Source: Utricularia gibba (lineage: Eukaryota; Plantae; Magnoliophyta). From it: a DNA stretch of 64,000 nucleotides. A program made the translations under genes and the position numbers. The notes under the pieces are model-generated. The model did not search any database and was not told where the DNA came from. It was given only the letters and a program-made list of their open reading frames with translations. The stretch lies in the NCBI GenBank assembly GCA_002189035.1, contig NEEC01000004.1, positions 1,240,001 to 1,304,000 of the forward strand. Reading direction: 5' to 3'. Positions 29,855 through 42,791 of this stretch are shown one piece after another (position 1 is the first letter of the stretch; every line of letters begins with the position of its first letter).

Positions 29855-30673
29855 GCTCACGGAGCTCTCATGGCCGGTTTTACAACTTTTTTGCTGTTTT
29901 GTGCAGCCGGTTCTTCCTTCCTTTCTTGTTTATTTTATTTTTTGTTTTTTGGGTGGCCGATAGCTATTCCTTTTTCCGAGGCTTTTGCCTAGTTTTTTTA
30001 AACGCTGAAATTATCCATTATTTTATTTTATTTTATTAAATACTCACTATTTCATTTCTTTTTTTCAATACCACCCTCCCTCCAAAATAAAACTAATTTC
30101 CCAATTATTGGGCGCAATTACCAATTTCAATTTGGACTGGGATTGACTTAATATGAAATGACTATAACGCCCAGGTACCTGATCCACTGATTGGATAGGC
30201 TGTCCTGAAATGATGGCGTGGGACGTCAATCAAAAGCGGCGAGTGCGTGATGCAACGAGTCCCAATTCCAAGATATTTTTCTGAAAAAGAAAAAAAAAAA
30301 GACGAGTGCGGTGCCCAATTTTCAAAGATGCACCTCGTGCCTTATTCCACTTCAAACCCCAAAATTTTTTATTTTAAATATTTAATATTATTTTTCATAA
30401 ATAATATAATATTTTTTTTAGCACCCAGCCACTTTATAGTTAGATACAATAATATAACTCATGTAGGGAATAACCTGCCGCGAACATGTTCCTCAGTCAT
30501 TTCTACTTTTAGAATAGCATTATTAAAAAAAATTATTATAAAATACGAACCATTTTTGTTTGTGGAAATCAATAACAATATTTTGGTATAATAGTTTAAT
30601 AATAATCAAACCTTATATTCATTAACATGTTTATCAAAAAGATGTAATTATCAGCACGCGTACATGCTGTGTG

Positions 30674-31109
30674 TAAGAATGCTCTTGGATGGGGTTCGGT
30701 TCGATACCAGCAAGAATCGGAGTCGAATCGGATTAAATATTTGTCCTAATTTTGATTCCAAATAATAATCGATTATAATTTTTTTTATATTAAAGATTTT
30801 AAATATTAATCATCTCAAATCTAAATTATATTTTATTTTATTAATATATAAATAATAAATTTATATCATCAACTTTAAATAATGTATGTACTTGTTTATA
30901 AAAATATAATATATTACACAATTAGTATTATAAAACAATTATTTATATAAAAATACAAAATAATCGATTTAAATTCAAATAAACAGTTCATAAGAATTCA
31001 AACCATTTATAATTGGTTATTATAACTTTTTATCCATATTCAGACTATTTATTTAAATAACTTTGACTTTAGACGATTTCGGATAATATCTGATCCATGA
31101 ACATTTCTA
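30674..31109. mobile_element. Degenerate non-autonomous DNA transposon (hAT-like MITE remnant), about 436 bp
   Basis: Imperfect 17-bp terminal inverted repeats: taagaatgctcttggat (30674-30690) vs tagaaatgttcatggat (reverse complement of 31093-31109), 13/17 identical. Subterminal ggttcggttcg and aatcgga motifs flank an AT-rich core. The 8-bp flanks gctgtgtg and gttatgca match at 4/8, and every mismatch is a transition. Confidence 0.35.
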
Positions 31110-31666
31110 GTTATGCATAACCAAGGTTATGGACACATCTCTTTGGAAAGGGTGGGGTGTCACGTTCAGAGTTTGGGTAGTGAATGGGGAAGACAAGGCA
31201 ACAACTGGGAGAACACATGATGATATGGAGGATGGTGACAAGTGCTGAGGTAGAAGACAGTCATCACTGACCTACCACAACCACACGAGAATGACACCCG
31301 CTATATCTATCAATATAAATGCATTATTTATTATTCTGCTTCTTCATACACAATAACTCTCAACCCCACAGTTATTCAAAAATAGAATCTTACTCTATAC
31401 CAATTTTATTTTAAAAATATTTTTTCAGAAGAAAAAACTGATTTTTGGATAATTTTTTAAAATTATAATATTTTAAAAAGGAAACAAAAATAATTTATTA
31501 CAATCTAAAAGTTGTCCGTCACTCATCTCATGAATGCATTTGTTTGGTAGGAAGTTATGTCATAATTTTCACGCGACATGCACTTTGTCTGTTGCAAATC
31601 AAACCGATCAATTTCCGGATTTCTTTCTTTTTCTTTTTGATTAAATAAAAAAGTTGTCATAGTTGT

Positions 31667-31708
31667 TGGGCTGAGGCCCAATTGAATTTCTGGGTATGTG
31701 TGGGCCCA
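31667..31708. promoter_or_regulatory. Site II cluster upstream of AAE13
   Basis: tgggct 31667, ggccca 31675, tgggccca 31701. Confidence 0.45.
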
Positions 31709-32091
31709 CTGGACTTCGCCCTTTCGTCATCAAACTGTTCGTCTTCGTCATCGTCCTTCTGTAGCTACATGCTGTGATCGAGTGTTTAGGGGCGGGGTTT
31801 CATGAATACTCAACCGGATAAATGAGAAAAGGCCCCAAAAGGAAAACGAGGGAAGTCGGCAGATGAGAGGGGTGTGTTTTTGTTTATCAAGAAAAAGAAA
31901 TGCGACGATGAAGTTGCGTGCGGTGCTCTCTCTTGTTCGAAACGGAGGAGGCGGGGACACTAGCCATTAATCAAGGGTTCTGCTTGCTGCTTGTGGTTGA
32001 GGACATACTACTATTGTGAAGGTGGGCGGTTCCACATATTTATTCGCATGGTGTGAGTGAAACTGGCATTTGTTGCTACTACCTACTCTTC

Positions 32092-35000
32092 ATGGGCGTA
32101 TTTATAGCAAGCAACAGTCTTTACGGCCGTGGTGTCGTGAAGCATTTTGCTTGCTTTCAATTGGCTCGTTCAGCGTTTCGGGTCTTTAAAATCTCCGGTC
32201 GTTTCCCTGTTTTCTCCGCCAGCTTTTTCAGCTGCCGTTCCTCGGCTTTTTCAGGTAACCTTCTTCGCGGTACTATCCTGCATCTTCTTAGTCTGTACAT
32301 CAATGTTCTGTAAAATTCGTGGGAATCGAGTTGGTCGTGATTTATTCTTGAGTTTTGTTGCTCTGTTTTATGGGAGTCGATTAAGTAAAATGAGAATTGT
32401 ATGTGAACTTCTTCAATGGCTAAAGCTTTTGCATTCCATGTGCTCGAGAAAAAATTGAACATCGTATGCATCGTTGCCTGTGTTCGAAGTACCAATGAAC
32501 CGTTCCTCTGGTTCGTGCAATCTAGAAATAATTGAGTAACAATATTTCCCGTTTGTAGTTTATGGTTTCTTAACTCATCTGTGTATGTTATAACCATATG
32601 GAGAAAAAGAAGTTAATCACCCTTCTTCTGTCTTTGTTTGAATTGTCCACATTGATTGTATTCCATGCTATCTCAATGTCCAGAGACCCAAAATACTCTG
32701 GTTATGGAGATTGTGAAGTCGATAAGCCAGATTGGAACTACGTCTTCCCAACGTGTGGCTATAAGGGCAGATGGCAAATTTCTTAACTATCACCAGTTGT
32801 TCCTATCAGCAAGGAATATAGCTGGTTTATTATTATCTTCAACGAGCTTAAATGTTGTGAGTTGACGATGGATGTCTACTTATGATTTTTTGATCTTAAT
32901 AAGGATAAACGGATTATATTTTGGTATTATGTAAAGGACAATGAGGAAAACAGGGGTCTTGGTGGAGCCAGAGTAGGAATCGTTGCAAAACCCTCTGCTG
33001 AGTTTGTTGCCGGAGTATTTGGAACATGGCTATGTGGTGGTGTAGCAGTGCCTCTGGCGTTAAGCTACCCTGAGGCAGAGCTACTTCATGTGATGAATGA
33101 CTCGGTGCGTATTATTTTCATGTAGTCCTCTCAAAATCCTGAAGTTGATTTTCGAATCAGCGGTTTTTTTTGATATCATTGTAGGATATCAAATTTATCC
33201 TGAGCACTGAAGATCATCAAGAACTAATGACTTCTGTTGCAGCCAAGGCTTCAGCTCAGTTATCACTTTTTCCTCCCACTCAAAGCTCAACTCTTCAGTC
33301 ATCTGAACACTCTGGCGAAAACAGAGAAGTAAATGGCAACGGATGCTCTCAGGATGTTGGGTTTCCTCACAAGATTGGTGGTATGCTGCCCTTTTAATCA
33401 TGATATTCTGTTTGGAATTGGCATGCTAATACTGATGGAATACGTTGGTCTGTTGTGTAGGAGATGATCCTGCATTGATAATATACACCAGTGGCACCAC
33501 TGGCAAACCTAAAGGAGTAGTGCACACACACAAAGGTGTTCTAGCACAGGTACGTGCTTAGGGATTGTGTTCCTGTTTCCGATTTTAAATTGAGCTTTTA
33601 GACGCAATCTCTAACTATTCATTTTGCAACTTATGTATCAAGAATCTAGATTGGCATTCCATGCTCAAAGTTATTATCTGCATTTTGCAGTAGTTTTTGG
33701 TTTGCTTTCAGTTTTATTATTCAAATTTGGTAAGCTGGATCTTTTGTCATCAGGCTCAAATGCTGAAAGATGCCTGGGGATACAGGTCCGATGATCAGTT
33801 CTTGAACAGCCTGCCACTTCATCATATCCGCAAATTATACTTTTATCTTAGAGATGTATTGATTTATTCGTTTTCAACACCACAACATTGGCATTCTTAA
33901 CTGTATATATACACGTGCATGGCCTGTTCAATGCGTTGCTTGCCCCTCTCTATGCTGGAGCTACGGTAACCTTCTCATTTATTCCTCTGATGTTTTATGA
34001 GAACTGATGCTTTGTCGTGAAGATTGATACATATCTCATTTATCCCTCCGTTCAAGGTTGAATTTATGCCAAAATTCAGTGTGAGGGGAATCTGGCAAAG
34101 ATGGCGAGAGTCTTACTCTGAAGATCAGGATATGTCGTTGGGTGTTGTGACTGTGTTTACGGGGGTATGCTAATGATTTGTTTTAGCAATTTGAAATTTG
34201 TTTCTCCTGTAATACGCTGCCTAACTTCTTGCAATGTCACCATTTCTCTCTTTCGCATCCAAAGGTTCCCACGATGTACACACGTTTAATACAAGGGTAT
34301 GAAGCTATGGATCCAGAGCTCCAGTCTGCTTCAGCTGCTGCTGCAAGAAAGCTGCGTCTAATGGTAACATTGGATGAGAAGCATTGTTGCACATTTCAAG
34401 GCCACGAGCATATCATCCTAATTGAGCTTCGGTTGTTGGCAGATGTGTGGTTCCTCTGCTTTGCCCCTTCCAGTCATGCAACAGTGGGAAGCCATCACTC
34501 ACCACAGGCTGCTGGAACGATATGGAATGACTGAGGTTGCTGTTTTCTCTCTTATGCCAATGCACACTCTGTTTCCAACTTCAATTTGACCAATGGTTTC
34601 CATTTTCTTCAGTTTGTGATGGCTCTTTCTAACCCACTAGATGGAGAGCGTAAGGGAGGGACTGTCGGGAAGCCGCTTCCTGGAGTGGAGGTTAGTTTCC
34701 TCGATCAGACAGCTTGGTTTTCATAACTTTGGCCTTTTGCACGATGTAACATGGCTTTGAGAAAAACTACCACAATAAACTCAAAGACTAGTCCTTTACT
34801 TGCAAAAGGCCAAGATCATTGCTGAAGAAGGAAGTGAGAATGCTGGTGCAGAAGGTGGTGAGCTTTGCATCAAAAGCCCCTCATTGTTTGAAGGGTATTG
34901 GAAGCTTCCAGGGGTAAACTTTTTCGTTGTCGACGCATGAAATTACATGTCTGAAGTTTCTGAAGCTTCATCATGGTTCTCATGTATGAAAACTTTCAGG

Positions 35001-35783
35001 TCACCAAGGATTCATTTACAGATGATGGATTCTTCAGAACCGGAGATGCCGCAAGAGTTGATGAAGATGGATACTACATCATTTTGGGACGTATGTTTTC
35101 TAAATTGCCATGAACTGTAATCTTATCGTTCCACATTCTGAGCCGGACCCTGATTTAGGCACTAGTGCCGACATCATGAAGGTCGGGGGATACAAGCTGT
35201 CTGCTCTTGAAATCGAAGCTGTTCTTCTGGAGGTTCATCTCTTAACTGTCAACTTCAAAAACTAGATTTGGTTGCTTTTTTTCCCCCGGTTTCTTGAACT
35301 TTGCCTGCCTTTGCAGCACCCTGCAATTTCAGAGTGCTGTGTGCTGGGGTTGCCTGACAAGGCCTACGGTGAAGCCGTGACTGCAATCGTTGTTCCTGAT
35401 TCCTCAGTAAAAAGAAGGCGTGACGAGGAAATGAAACCCGTTCTTTCACTGCAAGAGCTTTCCTCATGGGCCAAGGACAAGCTTGCACCATACAAGGTTC
35501 CCCCCGCACAGCAAGAGTTGTGTAGTCCATTCATTTTGAAGCTTTTAGTTGGCTAATTATGTCTCATGTTGTTCATCACAGATACCGACTCGACTGCTTG
35601 TGTGGGAGTCTCTTCCTCGAAACGCCATGGGAAAGGTGCTCTAACTGATCCATGCACACAACGCATCTTTTTGCTTGTAATTGTGCATATCAGGAAGCAA
35701 TATCACTTGGTTTGTTTGCATCATTGAATCAGGTGAACAAGAAGGACCTGAAGAAAAGGCTGAGTGATGAGGTTCCCATGTAA
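32092..35783 (+). CDS. AAE13: Malonate--CoA ligase (acyl-activating enzyme 13) with N-terminal presequence exon
   Basis: Exon 1 (ATG 32092) is Arg/Ser/Phe-rich and splices in phase to [20 protein letters not shown]. Later motifs: [73 protein letters not shown]|VNKKDLKK. The stop is TAA at 35781-35783. Confidence 0.95.
33824..33912 (+). other. U12-type AT-AC intron (89 nt)
   Basis: 5' end ATATCCGC, branch site TTCTTAAC at 33894-33901, 3' end AC at 33911-33912. Removing it restores CTT CAT C|AC GTG CAT (LHHVH). Confidence 0.9.
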
Positions 35784-35952
35784 CCAGCAAAGACTTGGAT
35801 TGTGAGATGCGAATGCATGGTCTTTTTTTTTTCCATGTTTTCAAACTGTCATCCGAAACAGAACTGACGATGGTTTGAAAGAGAAGGTTTTCCAAGATTT
35901 ATTTTGCACAAGGGATAGAAATGGTATGCACTAATCAAGAGATTCATAACCA

Positions 35953-37955
35953 TTAACTTAAAATGTTACCTACAGAAGAAGAATGTTGTGTATCAGGAGC
36001 AGACACTTGAATGTAAACCATTTGCGTGTAACCATTGAATACAGGAGCATCGAGTTTTGACAACCCGAGTCTTCGAAATAGGCTGTACTTACCATCTTCG
36101 ATGATCGGTGAGCGTGCACGAGCAGGATCATATCTTGTCTGGTGAGTGAGTGAAGGTCCGGCAACTGGGGGCAGCTCCCAGTAAGCATCAAGAACCGATT
36201 CTACATACCTGCTGTTCTCAAAATGTTCCGCATGTGTGATCTCTCTGCTGGTATGGTTAAAATCATCACGCATCTGCCCCCGCACCCCCCACCATGCCTC
36301 ACCATAACCGCACAGCTCATCGATACCGATGGCTTTGTCCCAGAATTTCTTCCTTTTGTTTCTGATCCGAGCTTCATCACTGTCCTTGAAACAACTGTGT
36401 CCACCACCTGTACAAACAGATAGTTCAAGTTCATCAACAGAAGGCAAGTCCGGAAATCGCTAGTTACATATGGAATGGAGTGAAATATCCAAGTTTATTA
36501 AATCCGCTCAGTTTGTCCATTAAACTTTCACCCCATTACATTCCCCTCATACTGCAAAGGTTCACACCAAGGATCACGTCTTCGTCTCTAACTCTGCCAT
36601 CAAAGGATATTTTTCAGGAAACAGGCATTCGCGCATTTGCATGCAAAAAACCTATCATAGGCTCGTTCCATTAAACTCCTTTTCCATCGTGGCCGAAGTA
36701 ACATGGTTCCTAGTTTACGTTGGACCTCTATCTTCATTCAGATGGAAACGCTAACTCACAATCCATAGTCACTGATGACGAAAGAGAAACCCACCTCTTA
36801 TGTAATACTGATCACATATTTGTCTAAGGGAATAATGATCCCCTGTTCCGGTATCGTAGTTGTCCTCAAAAATCAGATGGACGAAACCAGCATTCACCGC
36901 TTGCTTTAATCTACCCAGCATAAAAAAGGATGTAAGAGAAATTCAATACGTGTGGCCATTCCATATTTAAGGAATAGATCACAAAAGTTTCTAAACAAGG
37001 TAACTTTACCTTTTAAGTTCACTCTGATGGTCATCAAAGAAGACAAGAACCCTGCTTGGATCTTTGATCCCATGTTGAGCCATCACCGTTGGCCAATCCA
37101 TGGATCTGAAATCCACAAAAGCCTTCCCAGCGAAGTAAGTGCAATTTGCATCTACATAAGCCTGACCCTTGTTAAGGTATTTTCCAGGATGGCGAGGTGA
37201 AAGTGAGACAATTGGCTTGTCCCGCATTGCTTGCCGCAGAATCCATGTCGAATGACCCTTGAAAGCACCGCTCTCAATCATCAAATCTGGTTTCAACCAT
37301 CGAGTGATGAACCAGAGACCAAAACTGTGGTCGAAGCCCATCCCATACACGTTGTTCTTAATGGGTCTCGTCTCATATATTGGCACAAATTCTTCGACTC
37401 CAGCAAGCAAATCTTTGTAAGTCCACTCTACAGATTTCCCGTGCTTCGATCTGCCTTTTAATAACAACAGAAAAAACAAATGTTATAAAAACATCTTCCA
37501 GCTGGATCAAACTAAAGCGATTAAATGGTTCACATTGCTCCCGATTTTCCAAGACCGAGCTAATTAGGAAGAATGCGAGGGGCGCAGAAGAGTTGAAACT
37601 TACACCATGGAACGCCAAGAGATTCGAAATCCGACTCGTCATTGCTAAACCCCAAGAACCTCAATCTAGCGAAATGATCAGAGTATGTAGCCGAAATACA
37701 TACCAAATCGTGAGTACGACCAATCGCAGACGCGATACTCACAACAACGAGCGCAATTACAAGAATCGGCCACGCATAACCCTTCCGAAACAAGTACCTA
37801 GTAACCCGCACCACTCTCGATACCGGCTTCGGAGCCTTGGACTCGTCGCCAGTGTGGTCATCTGCAACTCCGATTCCGTCACCGGCACCGGCGGGAGGGG
37901 AGCGCCGTGCAGAGATGGAAACAGCTCTCTCGAGAAACTTGCTCCCCGTAACCAT
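35953..37955 (-). CDS. Conserved plant type II membrane protein of unknown function (At3g16200-like; possible methyltransferase-like fold), 4 exons
   Basis: TM segment AWPILVIALVVVSIASAIG; ESDFESLGVPWC|RSKHGK..RPIKNNVYGMGFDHSFGLWF..MIESGAFKGHSTW..FFDDHQ; IFEDNYDTGTGDHYSLRQICD; GGGHSCFKDSDEAR..YWELPPVAGPSLTHQTRYDPAR. Confidence 0.88.
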
Positions 37956-38204
37956 TTCACACTACGGTTTACCAAACCAACCTCACACCCCTTAGGAGTA
38001 ATTTATTTATTATTCCGTTCCCATTTTAACCTGCAAATTTGATATTTAACATCATGAAATTCCATTGTTTTATTTCAATTTTTGGCATTGAAAAAAAAAG
38101 TAACAAATATATATATTATTTTATTTACTTTTTTGGTATAGAAAAAAAAGTAACAAAAAAGAGGGCCAATATTATTTGAAAATTGATGGGGAAAAAAGTG
38201 CCTG

Positions 38205-40036
38205 CTACAGGTATAGCCTAATCAGCTCATCACTCACTGCAGATGGAGATAGAACACCAAGATCTGTAAACAGAAGAGTAAGATACTGAGGAGGAGTATA
38301 GTCGCGGGCTGATGTTTCGACCTCCACTTTCGACGGAATCGGAACGCCGAAATCAACAGGATGAAGAGCAGGAACCATGTCTTTCTGATCCAGAGGATAG
38401 AGGCGAGCAAACTGCACAAGCATTGTGTCATTTGGATGAGTAGATTGAAGTTCTATGGTTGTGAGAAGATTGGTGTTCACCTTGTAACTTTCTGCAGCAA
38501 CGTAGACTGGTTTGTTCATGCTTTTAGCCACCAGTGCAATTTGGTAAGTACCCATCATGTTTATTATGCCTCCGCTCTCGACAACACCGTCTGCTCCAAC
38601 AAACACCATGTCTACCTCATCCATGGTATATGCCACAGCAGAGTCAATCAGGAGCTTAACAGGGACATCAAGCTTGGCTAGCTCGTTTGATAATCGCAGG
38701 CCGGTCCTATCTGGTCTTCCTTCTGCATTGCATGGGAATAGTGGTATACACAAGAAGATAACCAAATGCTCTTACAGAAACTTGATGTAAATAAATAACC
38801 GGGTATCTCTAATATTTTCCCTATACTCTTAGATAGCAAGTGGACGGGCTGTTCTCCCATCCTCAACATAACATGCTAGAGGTACTAACAGTAGTGTTAG
38901 TAAACGTCAAAGCCTCACAGAGCCAAAGATAATAAGCGAAGTTCATAGTCATGCAGTTGTTTCACCAGCATAGCTATCAGCAGGCTCAGAAAACATCTAC
39001 CAAAGGTAAGAATGCAAGTAACTTGTCATCGCATTCACGGGTGACAAGATAGGAGAACTGAGATTTTGCGGTCATGATTCACCATAAGATCTAAAGATCT
39101 GCAATTGGTAAGCTCAAATTAAAAGTACCTGTACAGAGAACTCGAAAAAGTTTATTATTTTGCGCAGCTGTCCTCAAAGCTTCTAGCACAACCCTGGAGA
39201 AACCATGGACTAAAATTGTGCAGCCATCAAAAATGAAATCTTGGCATAGCATCCCAATGATTCTACGCGCCTGCATAATTAAGGAAGGAAAAAGTTTAAT
39301 GACGAAATAGGAATAAAATGAGAAACCCAATGGGGCAAAACCTTGTGTGATATTTCCCCAAACTTCTCTGCGCGCTCAAGAAGTCGAGATTTTGCTGAAT
39401 TGAAGTCCTCGTATTCTACAGCAGAGGTTCGTGTCACATGGCGCATAAAGAGATCACACCCCGCTGACAAAGAAATGGAAGTAGTATCCCATGACTGCAG
39501 ACGAGCATCAGAAATGCCTAAACTTAAGTTGCCAAAAAAAGAGCGTATCTTCCATTCTTTTGCAGTTCGAGGGAATGAATGAAGACTGCCCTTACCTTTA
39601 GCAAATCAGAAGCCTTTTTTAGCTCAATTTCAAGCTCCATCATCGTGGTCGCTTGACTAGATCGAATGACGGATGCCAAAGCCCTAATCGCCGCCACAGC
39701 TTCAGCCAATTCCGGCTGTTTCCGCCAATTATTGAACTCAGCGACAACACTAAAACTCTTGTTCTCTTCCTCACCACCGGAGGCGTAACTCTCCGAGGCG
39801 GAATCTTCCGGCTGACCACCAACTGCGGCTTGCGCCTGAGCCAACCAGTCGCTCGTCACGACGCCGTGATGCGCCGCACGGGTTTGATAGTACATGGAGA
39901 CATTAGAACCAGGATTCTGCGCAGCCACGGCAGTGGGCTCCTGAGAGAATGGACGGCCGCCGGAATTCGCAGAGGTGTCATTTTGCTGCTGCGCCATGTT
40001 TCTCTCGAGAACGAAAGACGCTGATCTGTACCACAT
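38205..40036 (-). CDS. Translation initiation factor eIF2B alpha subunit, 5 exons
   Basis: ATG at 40036 (MWYRSASFVL), then YYQTRAAHHGVVTSDWLAQAQAA, AVAAIRAL, SLSAGCDLFMRHVTR, TILVHGFSRVV, EGRPDRTG, VFVGADGVVESGGIINMMGT and RDYTPPQYLTLLFTDLG. Confidence 0.95.
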
Positions 40037-40110
40037 CTGATTCGATGGCAAATTTGCCCGTACAGAAACCAGAATCAGAACATATGCGGCTCCAACGCCG
40101 ATGAACTAAA

Positions 40111-40157
40111 TGGGCCACAATAACAACCCCATCATCCGGCCCAATAATTAATGGGCT
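40111..40157. promoter_or_regulatory. Site II cluster upstream of eIF2B-alpha
   Basis: tgggcc 40111, ggccca 40138 and tgggct 40152, 75-120 bp upstream of the ATG. Confidence 0.5.
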
Positions 40158-42659
40158 TCCTCCTCCGCCCAAAAGTAGAAACCGTGTCGGGCTTCGCGTG
40201 TCTTCTTATACAAGGTATCAGCATACGCCATTGACCATATATTATACGAGGTTGCTGTAATCATGATACCTTCAAATACCCATTCTAAAAATATCATTCA
40301 AGAAAAACCTCACAATTGAATGGTATCAAATCATATTATTTTGTATGTGAAAAAATTGTTTTTAAATGTTATTTATATATATTGATCTACTCTTACAAAT
40401 TTAAACCGAAATGTCTTGATCTTTGAAATAAGAGTATACATGAATGTAAAGTATCATAAATCTTTAGAAAAAAGAGTAAAATCAATTGCCAGACAACAAA
40501 AATTTTATTTAGAATTTAGATTCTTCACATTACACTTATAATTGATGGGCTTTAAATACAAATTTGTGTAGGGCCTAACACAAAAAAAAAATCTCACAGA
40601 TCTGGTTTTAAGATAAGGTTTCATGATTGGATTAAAACATATGTCATCGAGGCATATAGAGAACTCCTATTGTCATACTTATTATTTAAATACCACAAAA
40701 AATTAAGGATATAATTTGTGCGACTTAATAAATAAATTTTATTTAATTAATAAGTAGAATTTATTATACAAGTAAATACAAAATAAGATGAAGCAGTATA
40801 TTTGAAATTAAGTAACTTTTTTATTAAATAAGTCACATTTTCTTAATTTATATGATAAGTAAATGAAATAATTAAAATGAAAATAAGTTAAGAATAAGTA
40901 TAAATAAAATTAGAAGTTAAGTTTTATATTAAATAAAGATATTTTTTAAAATACCCTAAACTTGTTTATCCCTTGTTAAATCTTCTTCTTGTGAGACATA
41001 CAGAAATACTTCTTATCGATCATGCTCATTATTAGACATGTTCCTTATCGGACTTGGATGCCTTCTTACACGTCAGTATTATTATCATGATATTTAAAAA
41101 TTTTAATTCAAGAATGTCTATTTAATTTATCATGAATTTACAATTATAAAAAAATTTAAAATGGACAAGGCCGGTTGATGTGGGCCGTGGGACACTATAA
41201 TGTGTGATGGTTATGATCCTACAGCCGACCACACCATCACTGTCTTTTTCAATCTTCCTCCCAACAATCATTTTTTTTACCTTTAATTATTTCGCATTTA
41301 ATTTTTACTATAAATAAATATAGTATTTTTTTTAAATTACACACGCCATTAATTATTCACGTATACATTCTGTTCAAAGGTTGGCGAGGACGTTCCATTG
41401 GACCCGGATGCATTTTTTTTTCAAAAACAAAAAGAGAACCAGAAGGGGACACGTCGAGGATTTTGTAGTGTTTATTTTTGTTTTCTGTTTATAGTAAAAT
41501 TAAATATATATTATATTATAATATTATTGAAATTAATTATCTAATTGATCGAATGAATATATACATGTGAAATCAAAGTATATAATAAACATTGATTATA
41601 TTAGAAAAAATTAGACACAATCCATTATTATTAATTTATAATTTTTCATATACTTGATTATTTCACTTTTAAATTTTAATGTGAGATTTTTTGTTCTAAT
41701 ACCCACTCTCAAATCAAACTAGTATTTGATCCTATTCAGATTTATTTTGTTCTTTTGTGATTGTAGATAGTGATCATGTGGATCTATTTAATTTTTATTA
41801 TCTAAATTCAACACATCTTCTTGTTTTTTTTTAATCGAAATTTAGGTTAATATGAAACCCATATTGTCCACCCAAGTCATGTTGCAAGTCGAACACTACA
41901 ATACTATATTAAAATTAAGTATCTGTAAGGTTAATCTTTATAATATGATATATATTTCTTATATATTTGCGTTTCATATATGTTTCCTCACCCATCCGAT
42001 TCTTAACTACAAAAAATAGAATTTTTATCCAATAAATAATAGAGACATACTATTTTTCTAGGTAGAGACAAGATAATATGCCAACCCAACTGCATTATAT
42101 TGCTCTTGTCACCAATTTCGGAAAAATGGGTGCAAAAAATGATTAAAAAAAGAAATTAAAATATGATTAACAAAAACTAATTGAAATTATATTATATTTT
42201 CCGGTTGAACATATTCTATTTTTCTGTGTTTTCCTAATGATATTTATAAACGGAAAAGAATATAGTGGAATATTGATTAAAAAAACCAAGAGATATTGTT
42301 TTTTAAAAGATATACGTTAGGGTTGTTATCAACATGGTCGGGACACGTGGACCAATCATCGCAGAGCTTCCAGACATTTCCGTGAGGTGTCATCACGTTG
42401 ACAGCTAATACTTCCACCGCCCAGACAACCAGGCAACAAAACACAACGTTAAAAATAACTAGAAATATTTTTTTTTTTCAAATTTCTCAAAAAGACCAGT
42501 ATAAGGTTTAATTTTCACCATTTTTTTTTTACATAATCGCCTCTTGGAATTTCCAAATTGATTAAGAATTACGTTTTTATTAAAACGGAATTATCAAAAA
42601 AATTATAATTACGAAAAACAAAAATGGAAAAAAGAAAAGAATAATTGGATAAGATTTCC

Positions 42660-42698
42660 ACGTGTCTCCATTTGATTGAGTTGCTCGTCCTATATAAA
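42660..42698 (+). promoter_or_regulatory. Core promoter of TIP2 (G-box and TATA box)
   Basis: ccacgtgtc at about 42658-42666 and TATATAAA at 42691-42698, about 95 bp upstream of the ATG. Confidence 0.6.
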
Positions 42699-42791
42699 CG
42701 TGAGAAGGAACTTCCTGCGTTCTCGCCTTTGAAGGAAGTATTTTTCTAAGAAATTATATTTTTTAAAGAAATAATACATTTCTGTTGAAAA

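Noticed and set aside
31217-31270. Box C (ATGATGA) and box D (CTGA) motifs suggesting a C/D snoRNA
   Set aside because: Only 54 nt, no terminal stem, and no rRNA-complementary guide that I can recognise.
36601-36610. ATATCCTTTG (U12 donor-like) on the minus strand inside an intron
   Set aside because: No matching U12 branch site or AC end; the flanking exons already join by GT-AG in phase.
37380-38042. Long antisense ORFs (also 11573-12103, 23014-23547, 47564-48079, 50751-51344)
   Set aside because: They are shadows of GC-rich coding exons on the opposite strand and have no independent motifs.
40321-40330. tggtatcaaa, resembling an LTR primer-binding site
   Set aside because: Only a partial match to tRNA-Met PBS, with no adjacent LTR or gag/pol sequence.
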